Source: a virus
Lineage: Duplodnaviria > Caudoviricetes
IMG/VR virus record: IMGVR_UViG_3300033066_002242
Span: 31,556-95,555 of that record
Strand: one strand, 5' to 3'
Length of the DNA stretch: 64,000 bases
Under the pieces are notes generated by a model. That model was given only the letters and a program-made list of their open reading frames with translations, was not told the origin of the DNA and searched no databases. The stretch's first letter is position 1; each line of letters starts with the position of its first letter. The position numbers were made by a program, and so were the translations under genes. This document shows positions 37,078-45,385 of this stretch, one piece after another.

Positions 37078-38463
37078 ATGAATCCCTATCTCGAAAACAT
37101 GCGTCAGATGCAAAAGAGCGCATCCCTGATGGACCTGCTGGCGTCTGCCCCCCACGCCATGGCGATAGGCACCGCAATCCACGTAGGGCAGAACGCTGCG
37201 GTTCGCAGCGCCTTGCGGGGTACCCTGGGAGTGCAGGGGGTCGGGCAGGCTGCAGAGAGGCTGGCTCAGAAACAGGTTCCCGGCATGGGTAGTCTGGGCA
37301 ACTTGGGCAATAGCCCTGTCTTAAAAGCCGTGTCCAGGTTGAAAGATGCCAAGCCCGTGGACGCGGCGGAAGCCCTCTCCACCAACTTCTACCGAGGGCT
37401 GCATGACATACACACTTCTCCAGTGTCACAGCACCTGTCTGCCTTCGCCAGCGGCATGACCGTTCCGGAGGTGCACATTCTGCACCAGGAGGCCCACGCG
37501 ATGGGCGCTAAGCTAAGGGGTGCTCTTGGAGGCAAGGGGCTGTCTGCTGCCAACCTGAGCACAGGGGAGCAGCAAGTCATGCACCACGTCCTTAATGGCA
37601 ACTACTTGCAGGCTCACGACCTCATGCACCAGGCCCTGAACAACTCCGGAGTCAAAGACGCAGGACTGGCGACAGCCAAGGCTCTGGAAGAGCACACCGG
37701 CATTCCCCTGCACGCCGCTTTATCAGACCCGGGGGCGTCTCGTATGCACCTCTACCGTCTGCAAAAAGCCGCGCGCAGCCCTAGAAACTGGGTAACCTCC
37801 AACCTCCTGCCACACTTATCCAGATTCAAACCTGCAGAGTCCCTGTCAGGCATTGCAGGATCCAGAGGAGGCAGGCAGGTAGACACCGCCCTGAGCGGAG
37901 CGGCAGGGGCGGCTGTAATCGGCGTTGCAGAGCCCTTGGCTGGAGTCATTAACGGCGCCAAGCACCTGGCAGTATCCACGTCTCCTCGCGTGGGTGCGCT
38001 ATCCGCAGCGGCAAAACTCAGGGCGGCAGGAGAGGTGCAGAAAGGCACGCAGATGGCAGCTGCAGGAGGGGTGGGAGGCAACATGGCCCGGTCCGCCAGA
38101 GAACTGTTTGGCAGTCCCGTCATCCACGGACTGCAAGGTCAAGTCCGAGAGATGACGGCGCTCTCCAACAACTTCTCCGCACACCTGAGCACCGCGAAGG
38201 CTCCCCTACGCTTCCCGCAGAAGGAACCTGTCAGCCTGCAAGACGCCGCGGACGCCGGCAAGGCACTGCTGGGCAAGGCCAAGGTAAAAGCCCAGGCAGG
38301 TGCAGAGGCTCTGCAAGCCGGAGCCAAGACCGTAATGGATAAAGCGGAGGCCGCATCAAGGTACACCAGCGCCAAGGCAGACGCCTTGCACTCCGCTACG
38401 GAACCTGCCCGGAAAGCCTTGGAGACTATCCGGGCGCGGACTTCCTCATACGGAGCTTCGTAG
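37078..38463 (+). CDS. Ala/Gly-rich putative cargo protein with KxA leader (orphan on plus strand)
   Basis: Starts MNPYLENMRQMQKSA; overlaps the 3' end of the RNAP gene convergently. Confidence 0.55.
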   Translation: MNPYLENMRQMQKSASLMDLLASAPHAMAIGTAIHVGQNAAVRSALRGTLGVQGVGQAAERLAQKQVPGMGSLGNLGNSPVLKAVSRLKDAKPVDAAEALSTNFYRGLHDIHTSPVSQHLSAFASGMTVPEVHILHQEAHAMGAKLRGALGGKGLSAANLSTGEQQVMHHVLNGNYLQAHDLMHQALNNSGVKDAGLATAKALEEHTGIPLHAALSDPGASRMHLYRLQKAARSPRNWVTSNLLPHLSRFKPAESLSGIAGSRGGRQVDTALSGAAGAAVIGVAEPLAGVINGAKHLAVSTSPRVGALSAAAKLRAAGEVQKGTQMAAAGGVGGNMARSARELFGSPVIHGLQGQVREMTALSNNFSAHLSTAKAPLRFPQKEPVSLQDAADAGKALLGKAKVKAQAGAEALQAGAKTVMDKAEAASRYTSAKADALHSATEPARKALETIRARTSSYGAS

Positions 38464-41400
38464 CGACGTACCAGTACCCGTCTCCGGGTTGGACGTAAAG
38501 TCCCCGATCATCGATGTGAACTCCGTCCTGGGCAGGAACTGCTCCACCCAGGAGTCCTCTCCCTGCCCCTTCTGAACCCTGACCGGGAATGTCTTGGGGT
38601 CGCCTTCTGCGTGATTGACGTCTACGACAGGAGACATCTCTGCCTTCTTGCCGTGACCGCTGATGACCACCTCCGTACTGGCGGATATCTTGCCGGACTT
38701 CAGTGCCTCTAGTGCCTCATGCTCGCTGTGGAATGTGACAGTGGGCACTGTCTCGTCCTTCTTCGACAGGAACACGCTGCCCAGGATAGCCTCATGGCCA
38801 GGGGCAAACATGGAAGCCCCGTACCCCTTGCGCACGTCGTTGAGGTGCCGCATAGGCAGCATCTTGTCCTTGACCTCCTGGATGGCCTCGGGAGTCATCG
38901 GCAAGTGCATCGTCATGGCATCGCCGTCGAAGTCGGCCGCAAACGCCGGCAAGTGTAGCGGGTTCAAACCGATCGTGCTTTCGTCCGTGGGCACCGGGTA
39001 TACGCCCATCTCATTGGTGCGCAGCATGGTAGGCGCACGGTTGATGATGATCGGTATTTCCTTGATCAGCCGGTTGAACACCGCTGTAGCCAGCCGGTCG
39101 CGCTTGGTGTATGAGTCCAGGGCCTCCCCGGTATGCAGGCCTTGCTTGGCCAGCGCACGCAGGATGTGATACTTGTACAGCACCCACAGCTGCTCCACCG
39201 GGATACGCGCCTCATTGAACCCTACGTCCGGGGCTGCGTAGATGGTCGCCCGTCCCGAGAAGTCCTGCTTGCGGGCCAGCAACCGGTCGTGGAACACCCC
39301 GGTCTTGGGTCCGCCTTCCCCGGCGATCTGCCGGATGAATCCCTTCAGCGGCTTCTTGGTGCCGATGTTGTCTCCCAGGCCCATGATCGCCGCCGCGCCC
39401 CGGTAAAGGTCGCCGCGTGTCTTGGTCAGCATGTCAGGCGTCAACTCATCCTTGGTCTTCTTCAGCGTCTTGCTGACCAGGATGTGGTCGTTGTACAGCT
39501 GGTTTACGTCCGCAAAGTGCAGCGCGTTGCCACCCATATTGGTGAAGGGGCGCATCACCGGCGGGATTACCGGGATGTGGTTCAGGATGTAGGCGTCTGC
39601 AGGACTGTCGAAGCCCGCGTGCTGTAACCCTCGCAGGTACTTGGCCTGCTTGATGTCGTCGTTGCGAGCCGACGCAGACTTGGAGGACGTGGCAGACTTG
39701 ACGGCCGCAGGGAGAGCCTCTGCTACCGAGATGTTGTCCAGCAACTCCCGGAACGCTTCGCCACCCACCTTGATCTTGGCATCGTCGTACTGCTCATCAG
39801 CCGCCTTTTTATGGATGCCTGCGCCGGAAGCCTTGAGGTGAAGGTCCTTGATCTTCTTCTGGGAAGCCGTGTCGAACAGGCCATAGTGGCCGTCGCCCAA
39901 CTTCTGCACCCCGTACGCGCCTTCCGTGATCTTGTCGAACTCATCGGCGCTCAGCTTGAGCAAGGACTTGACCGGCATCTCAAAGGTCGGGTTGACGATG
40001 GGTTCCGCCAGCTTGTAGTGGGTCCACTTCGTACCCTCCGGGCCGCCAGTCATCACCGGGTCGAACATGCCGCCCTTTTCCGGGCGCAAGGTGCGCGCCA
40101 CCAGGCGACCTTCATCCACCGCACCGTTGCTCATCTCCAGTACCTTGGAGTCCGTCATCGGCGCCAGGGAAATCTTGTCGTCACTGCGGCGCACATCGAT
40201 GCCGGATCCCTTCAGGTAGTTAAAGAACTTCTCGGTGGCAAACGTGGTCTTGGGCTTGGGCAAGGGGTCGCCGTTCTGGAAGGCACGCCAGAAGTCTTCG
40301 TTCTTCTCTGCCTTGATCGTCGACATCTCCTGCAGGTTCTTGCGGGCATCGCTGCCCAGCAAGCCGAGGAATTCCATGTATGCGGTGCGCTTCGATCCTT
40401 CGTCGCCGCCCTTGGCAGGTTGCAGCCAGGCGTCGTACCCGCCCTCTACGTTGCGCGCCGAGTAGTTGGAGTCCGTGGTCTTGTAGGTCTTGACGAAGTA
40501 CTGCGGCCCGCCGAAAACCTTGGGCAGCTCCTTGCCGCTCACCGGGTCGATCAGGGTGTCGTAGCCTTTGATGCCTTCCGCTGCCATCTCTGCCTTGATC
40601 TTCTTCAGGGCGCCGCCGGCATGGGCGAAGTTGGTCACCCGGTACTGCTTGCCCGTCTTGGCGGCAATGCGGCCTGCCCCGGTCTCCAATATCTGGCCGA
40701 GGTTGATGCGGGAGGTGACGGAGGCCGGGTTCAGGACAATGTCCACCGGCTCTCCGGTTTCCTTGTTGTAGGGGACCAGCTTGTCCGGCAGGATCTTGGA
40801 CACCACGCCCTTGTTGCCATGGTACCCCGTCAGCTTGTCCCCGACCTCCAGAGGCTTGACCGACTTGACCAGCACCCTGATCTCCTTACTGTCGACGTTG
40901 ACGTCGACCACGGTGCCAGGCTCATGGTGCTTCCAGTACTCCACGACCTGCAGGAACGGGGACACCAGGTGCTTGCTGACGCGGTGGTACAGCACGTCCG
41001 TGGCGCTGATCTGGCGAGGCTCCAGCAACGCCCACACCGGGTCACCGTAGTTCAGCGTCTCTCCCTTCTTGATGAAGCCGCGGGAGTCCAGCTTGGCCAA
41101 CTGGCCGGAGGTCAGCAGCGATGGGAAGTTCTTGCGGAACAGCGCCCGGTCGGTCTTAGTGTCCTGCTTCAACGTGTAGTCGTACTTGTAGGCGTGCAGG
41201 CTGGACAGCTTGTCCGCAGCCGTCTGGCTGATGACCAGGCCGTCTTCATGGTTGAAGCCGTGGTAAGGCATGTACGCCGATACCAGGTTGCGGCCCAGGG
41301 ACAGTTCGCCATTGCGGGTATAGTTGTTGTCGTAGAGCACCTGGCCCTTGGCGACGGCGTCTCCTTCCTGTACGAGGGAGGTCTCATCGTCGCGGAACCC

Positions 41401-43230
41401 CTTCTGGTTGTAGGGCATATCGACGATACGGGCGACCTTGTGGATCTTGCCGTCGTCTCCCTTGATCTCCATGCCCTCGTCCGTGATCTTGTGGATCTTG
41501 CCGGATGCCGGACTGACAGTAGACAGCATCTGGCCGTAGAGCTTGGTGAAGGTAACTGGGGCGCCAGACTTGGACTCATGCGCCACCGTCGCCACCAGCG
41601 GGGCTTCCCGGTCTTTCAGGGACAGCGCCTGGACAATGGCCTTGCCCGCCATGGTCAGTCGACCCGGATGGTTATGGTTCATGAACGGGACCATGTTGGT
41701 GGTCACCGTGAACATGGTGCGAGGGTCGGAAACCCAGTACTGCACCTTGCCGACAGGCGTGTCCTTCAGCGTACCCTTGTCCTGGGCCTGCACCATGCCA
41801 TTACGCTCACTGCCCTTGAAGCCGATCACCGACTCCATGATCTGGCGCGCTGACAAGTGCACGACACCGCCCTTGCCATCCGTGAACTGGCCGTACAGGT
41901 TGCCCTGATCATCACGTGCGGCGTTCATGGCAAAGCGCAGGTCGACGCCCACCGTGGACGACTCCGGGGTACGGTTGGGGTCAAGGATAGTCAGGTGAGT
42001 CGGGTCAATGTTCCGGGTGCGGACGTTGTTGGCCTTCTGCAGGTCAATACCTCCTTCTCCTTCACCCAGCACCGTTGCCTTGGCGACGTTCTCCAGGCTC
42101 TCCACCGGGTTGGTTTCCGATGGCGCCTGGGACAGCGGGGACTTGGTCAGGAAGTTCTGCATGACCTTGTTGTAGGGCTTGGAGACGACGATCTTGCGCA
42201 ACTCCGGCGTCTTCTTGTCCAGCACGGCCTTGTCCAGCGCCCACTTGATCTTGCGGGAGGCGTCCGAGACATTTTCATGCTCCCTGCCCTGCTGGAAGCG
42301 GCGGGAGATCATGTCCGGGTAGCCGACCACGCGCTTGAACATCAGGGAATCCCGATTGTCCTCTTCACGTTTGCCCATATGGATGTTGATCAGGTTGCCG
42401 GCAATACGCAGCAGGGATTCCCCGTCCAGGTGTGACACGCCGCGACCCAGGGTAACGGCCGTACCGTCCACGTCCAGGGTGCGGGCAGCCAGGCCTTGGC
42501 GGATGCCTTCCAGCTTCTCGGCCAGCGCCGGGTCGGGCTTCTCCTTGCGCATGGCGTAGGGGGCCACCTTGCGGTACAGCTTGCCAGCCACGCTATCGGT
42601 ATCCGAGGCAGACGCCAGGTCCTTGTCCCAGATCGCGCTGGGGATGTAGGCAGCGGCCTGCTGCTTGTCGAAGCCATACACGCTGTGCAGCACCCAGATC
42701 AGCGGCACGTTGATGTCGCCACTGCTCAGGATCAGGGTTTGCTTGCGGGGGTCCAGCGACACTTCCAGGGAGCCGCCGCCCGAGTTGATCTGCGCCATGA
42801 CCGCGCCGTTACTGCGCCGGCGGTGGTAGACGCCTTCCTTGAGTTGCAGCAGGTGCGAGATGACGTAGTTGTTGCCCTTATAGACCAGGGTATGTTTGCC
42901 GGTCATGTAGAAGCAGTCGGCCAGGGAGAAGTTCTGGATTTCATCCACAACCTTGCCGGTAGCCTTGTCCGTGATCGTCAGGTGCCCCTTGATCGGAAAC
43001 GTCAGGGAGCGGGAGGTCATGATCGCCTCGCGCTCGTCTTTTTCCGTGTAAGGCTTCTCCTCGGCGCGCAGGTTCGAGACGTCGATGCGGTACTTGGCGT
43101 TCTCGATGGGGAACTGCTTGGCAATCCCGTCCATCAGCGCCTTGTTGGTCTCCTCCAGCGTCTTGCGGGGAGAGGAGATCAGGTAGGAGAGAGGCCGACC
43201 GTCAGTCGCCTTCAGTGTGGTATTCGGCAT
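38446..43230 (-). CDS. DNA-directed RNA polymerase: beta subunit fused to N-terminal half of beta'
   Basis: Beta motifs: QFPI, TPESSTVG, GFNHEDG, GDKLTGYHGNKG, NPASVTSRINLGQ. Beta' motifs follow: RPEKGGMFD, IPVIPPVMRP, RLLARKQDFSGR, NRAPT and catalytic ADFDGD. Confidence 0.95.
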   Translation of the reverse strand: MPNTTLKATDGRPLSYLISSPRKTLEETNKALMDGIAKQFPIENAKYRIDVSNLRAEEKPYTEKDEREAIMTSRSLTFPIKGHLTITDKATGKVVDEIQNFSLADCFYMTGKHTLVYKGNNYVISHLLQLKEGVYHRRRSNGAVMAQINSGGGSLEVSLDPRKQTLILSSGDINVPLIWVLHSVYGFDKQQAAAYIPSAIWDKDLASASDTDSVAGKLYRKVAPYAMRKEKPDPALAEKLEGIRQGLAARTLDVDGTAVTLGRGVSHLDGESLLRIAGNLINIHMGKREEDNRDSLMFKRVVGYPDMISRRFQQGREHENVSDASRKIKWALDKAVLDKKTPELRKIVVSKPYNKVMQNFLTKSPLSQAPSETNPVESLENVAKATVLGEGEGGIDLQKANNVRTRNIDPTHLTILDPNRTPESSTVGVDLRFAMNAARDDQGNLYGQFTDGKGGVVHLSARQIMESVIGFKGSERNGMVQAQDKGTLKDTPVGKVQYWVSDPRTMFTVTTNMVPFMNHNHPGRLTMAGKAIVQALSLKDREAPLVATVAHESKSGAPVTFTKLYGQMLSTVSPASGKIHKITDEGMEIKGDDGKIHKVARIVDMPYNQKGFRDDETSLVQEGDAVAKGQVLYDNNYTRNGELSLGRNLVSAYMPYHGFNHEDGLVISQTAADKLSSLHAYKYDYTLKQDTKTDRALFRKNFPSLLTSGQLAKLDSRGFIKKGETLNYGDPVWALLEPRQISATDVLYHRVSKHLVSPFLQVVEYWKHHEPGTVVDVNVDSKEIRVLVKSVKPLEVGDKLTGYHGNKGVVSKILPDKLVPYNKETGEPVDIVLNPASVTSRINLGQILETGAGRIAAKTGKQYRVTNFAHAGGALKKIKAEMAAEGIKGYDTLIDPVSGKELPKVFGGPQYFVKTYKTTDSNYSARNVEGGYDAWLQPAKGGDEGSKRTAYMEFLGLLGSDARKNLQEMSTIKAEKNEDFWRAFQNGDPLPKPKTTFATEKFFNYLKGSGIDVRRSDDKISLAPMTDSKVLEMSNGAVDEGRLVARTLRPEKGGMFDPVMTGGPEGTKWTHYKLAEPIVNPTFEMPVKSLLKLSADEFDKITEGAYGVQKLGDGHYGLFDTASQKKIKDLHLKASGAGIHKKAADEQYDDAKIKVGGEAFRELLDNISVAEALPAAVKSATSSKSASARNDDIKQAKYLRGLQHAGFDSPADAYILNHIPVIPPVMRPFTNMGGNALHFADVNQLYNDHILVSKTLKKTKDELTPDMLTKTRGDLYRGAAAIMGLGDNIGTKKPLKGFIRQIAGEGGPKTGVFHDRLLARKQDFSGRATIYAAPDVGFNEARIPVEQLWVLYKYHILRALAKQGLHTGEALDSYTKRDRLATAVFNRLIKEIPIIINRAPTMLRTNEMGVYPVPTDESTIGLNPLHLPAFAADFDGDAMTMHLPMTPEAIQEVKDKMLPMRHLNDVRKGYGASMFAPGHEAILGSVFLSKKDETVPTVTFHSEHEALEALKSGKISASTEVVISGHGKKAEMSPVVDVNHAEGDPKTFPVRVQKGQGEDSWVEQFLPRTEFTSMIGDFTSNPETGTGTSLRSSV

Positions 43231-43591
43231 CTCGGGGCTCCATGTAGAAGAACACGCTGATCAGGTCGCCTTCCTTGGTGAAGGTATCCTTGCGCTCGAT
43301 GAGGAACATCCGGGACGTGTCCGAATGCACGCAACTATCCATCAGGCGTTCCATGGATATCAAGTCCTCACAGTTGGGCGAACTCAGGCAGAACCGCTTG
43401 ATGCGGACGCGGTAGTCCTTCATGGAGAACGGCTTGGGCTTCTTGGACTTGCTGGCGATGTCCTCTGCCGCGATGCCAGGCATCATCAATGGAGGCAGTG
43501 GCACCGAGGGCTTGGGCGTGGCCTCCGCAAACCCCGGCAGAGGGATGTTGGAGCAGTTGGCTCCCGGTATCTTGTTTTCGGCCATGGTCAC
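43202..43591 (-). CDS. Hypothetical protein between portal and RNAP
   Basis: Overlaps both neighbours. Confidence 0.5.
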   Translation of the reverse strand: MTMAENKIPGANCSNIPLPGFAEATPKPSVPLPPLMMPGIAAEDIASKSKKPKPFSMKDYRVRIKRFCLSSPNCEDLISMERLMDSCVHSDTSRMFLIERKDTFTKEGDLISVFFYMEPRDAEYHTEGD

Positions 43592-45327
43592 GCTGCTCCA
43601 GAAGGTGAGGACGCCCCACCAGCCCCGGCTTCTTCCGGAGACTGGCTCTGTTCACGCATTGTAGCGGTATTTGGCGTCATGGTGGCCATCAACGCCTCGA
43701 CCAACGCCGCTACCGGGCCTTCCTCCTTCTGCAGCTGCGTGATCGCCATCTGCTGCGACATCGGGTCCAGGGACTGGATTTCTTGCAGCACTTCGTACGC
43801 CTTGTTGCGGGCAGCAGTGAACGCTTCGTCCTTGGCCGCTTCCGCAGCTTGGACCTTGGCTGCCCGGTACACGGCCTGCAGCTGGATGTCCTGGATGCGG
43901 ATACCTGTCTCGGCTTTGGCTTCTGCCGCCCGGACCTGGCGGTCCTGTACTTCGTGGAAGTCCAGTCCAACCGATTCCATGACCGTTATCTCGTCGATGA
44001 GTCCATGCTGGATCAGCAGCGGCATCAGCTGCTTCAGGAAGTCGTCGTCTGTCAGCTCAAACGGCGTCATAGTCACTGGCACGCGCTCAATACCGAGGAA
44101 TGCGCTCGACTTGTCAAAAATCCAGTCCACCAGGCCCATGATCTGCCGGACGTAGTTGTCCATGGAATTCTTCAGCATCCGCAGGCCAATCGTGGAGCTC
44201 GTCCAGTTGGTCGTGCCGGACATCATCTCCCGGCTCACGCCCAGGGACATGAGGATGGACTCTTCCGCCAGCTGGAGCTCCTGGGCTACCAGCAGATTCT
44301 TGCCGTCGCCGCCAATACTGTTCACGCCGATAGGGATGGGAGCCACAATCTGGTGGTTGGGGTCATGCTTGAACTTGCGCAGGTTGTCCTGCATGTTCTC
44401 CACAAACCCGGCCAGGGACATGGACACCACCGGGTCGCCGTTACTGGACTGCGGCTGGGGGAAGAACACGCGCATCGGAGTCATATGCTCGGCGGCAATA
44501 GCCTCGTTGGCGCGCCGCATCATGGCCTGGTGGAAGATCAGCTGGTAGATGGCCATGATCGGAGGAATGCACACCCCGTCGTCCAGCTTGCCGATACTGA
44601 GGTTCATCAGGTGGAAGACGCTATTGGGCGCGAATTGGAACGCTTTCTTCAGACCGATCGCTTCCAGCATGCCCATCGGCAAGGTGCTGAGGAACATGGG
44701 GTCTCCCATGAGCACCTTGCGCTTGATGTTGGTCGGAATCTGGTAGTAGAACTCCGACTCTCCGGTCACCGGATTGTGGTTAAGGGTGATGAAGTTGGGG
44801 TCCCAGGTTACGACGTTCATGCGGCTTTCGTCACGGACGTACGTATCTTTGGCCTTCCACACGCCAGACCACCCGCAACCGTGGGTCGGACAACCGCCGG
44901 TGAACTGGTTGTTACGGAACTTCAGCTTGACGATGTTCTTGATGTTGTTGGTTGCCGCACACTTGGGGCAGCTGGCCACCCGCAAGAATGGCAGGTACAT
45001 CGAGACGAAGACGTTGCCGCGCGTGTAGTACTGGAACCCGATATCGTTGAGACGGTGCTTCAGCTGCAGGCTCTTGACGATGCGCTTATATCGGTCCGCC
45101 AGTTTCGAGTCTTCCGTATCCGGGATAAAGTCCGTAATCGGGTAGGTGGCCTGTTTGCGGATGACCTCGGCCGCCGTCGGGGACTGGGTGACGATGTAGT
45201 CCGCCCAGCGCAAAATCTCCTTGAAGTTGCGCGGGAGGAACTGGTTGGACAGGGTGAAAAACGGGTTGGGCATGTACCCGCGATTGAAATCGCCGTACGC
45301 CCCCATACCCGGTAAGGGATCCATCAT
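43588..45327 (-). CDS. Portal protein
   Basis: 579 aa; YYTRGNVFV, VFHL....G.PP, and 'EESILMSLGVSREMMSG..NW.SS' portal-like motifs; Cys-rich insertion (CPKC...CPTHGC). Confidence 0.75.
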   Translation of the reverse strand: MMDPLPGMGAYGDFNRGYMPNPFFTLSNQFLPRNFKEILRWADYIVTQSPTAAEVIRKQATYPITDFIPDTEDSKLADRYKRIVKSLQLKHRLNDIGFQYYTRGNVFVSMYLPFLRVASCPKCAATNNIKNIVKLKFRNNQFTGGCPTHGCGWSGVWKAKDTYVRDESRMNVVTWDPNFITLNHNPVTGESEFYYQIPTNIKRKVLMGDPMFLSTLPMGMLEAIGLKKAFQFAPNSVFHLMNLSIGKLDDGVCIPPIMAIYQLIFHQAMMRRANEAIAAEHMTPMRVFFPQPQSSNGDPVVSMSLAGFVENMQDNLRKFKHDPNHQIVAPIPIGVNSIGGDGKNLLVAQELQLAEESILMSLGVSREMMSGTTNWTSSTIGLRMLKNSMDNYVRQIMGLVDWIFDKSSAFLGIERVPVTMTPFELTDDDFLKQLMPLLIQHGLIDEITVMESVGLDFHEVQDRQVRAAEAKAETGIRIQDIQLQAVYRAAKVQAAEAAKDEAFTAARNKAYEVLQEIQSLDPMSQQMAITQLQKEEGPVAALVEALMATMTPNTATMREQSQSPEEAGAGGASSPSGAA

Positions 45328-45385
45328 TTCCTAAGCTCCGAAGCAAAGCTGGCATAGAGGTAGGGTAGCATGTCTGCGGCACACG

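Noticed and set aside
38446-43230. Host chromosomal rpoBC locus or a host-phage chimeric contig
   Set aside because: No ribosomal protein neighbours, heavy divergence, and the gene is tightly overlapped with the portal operon.
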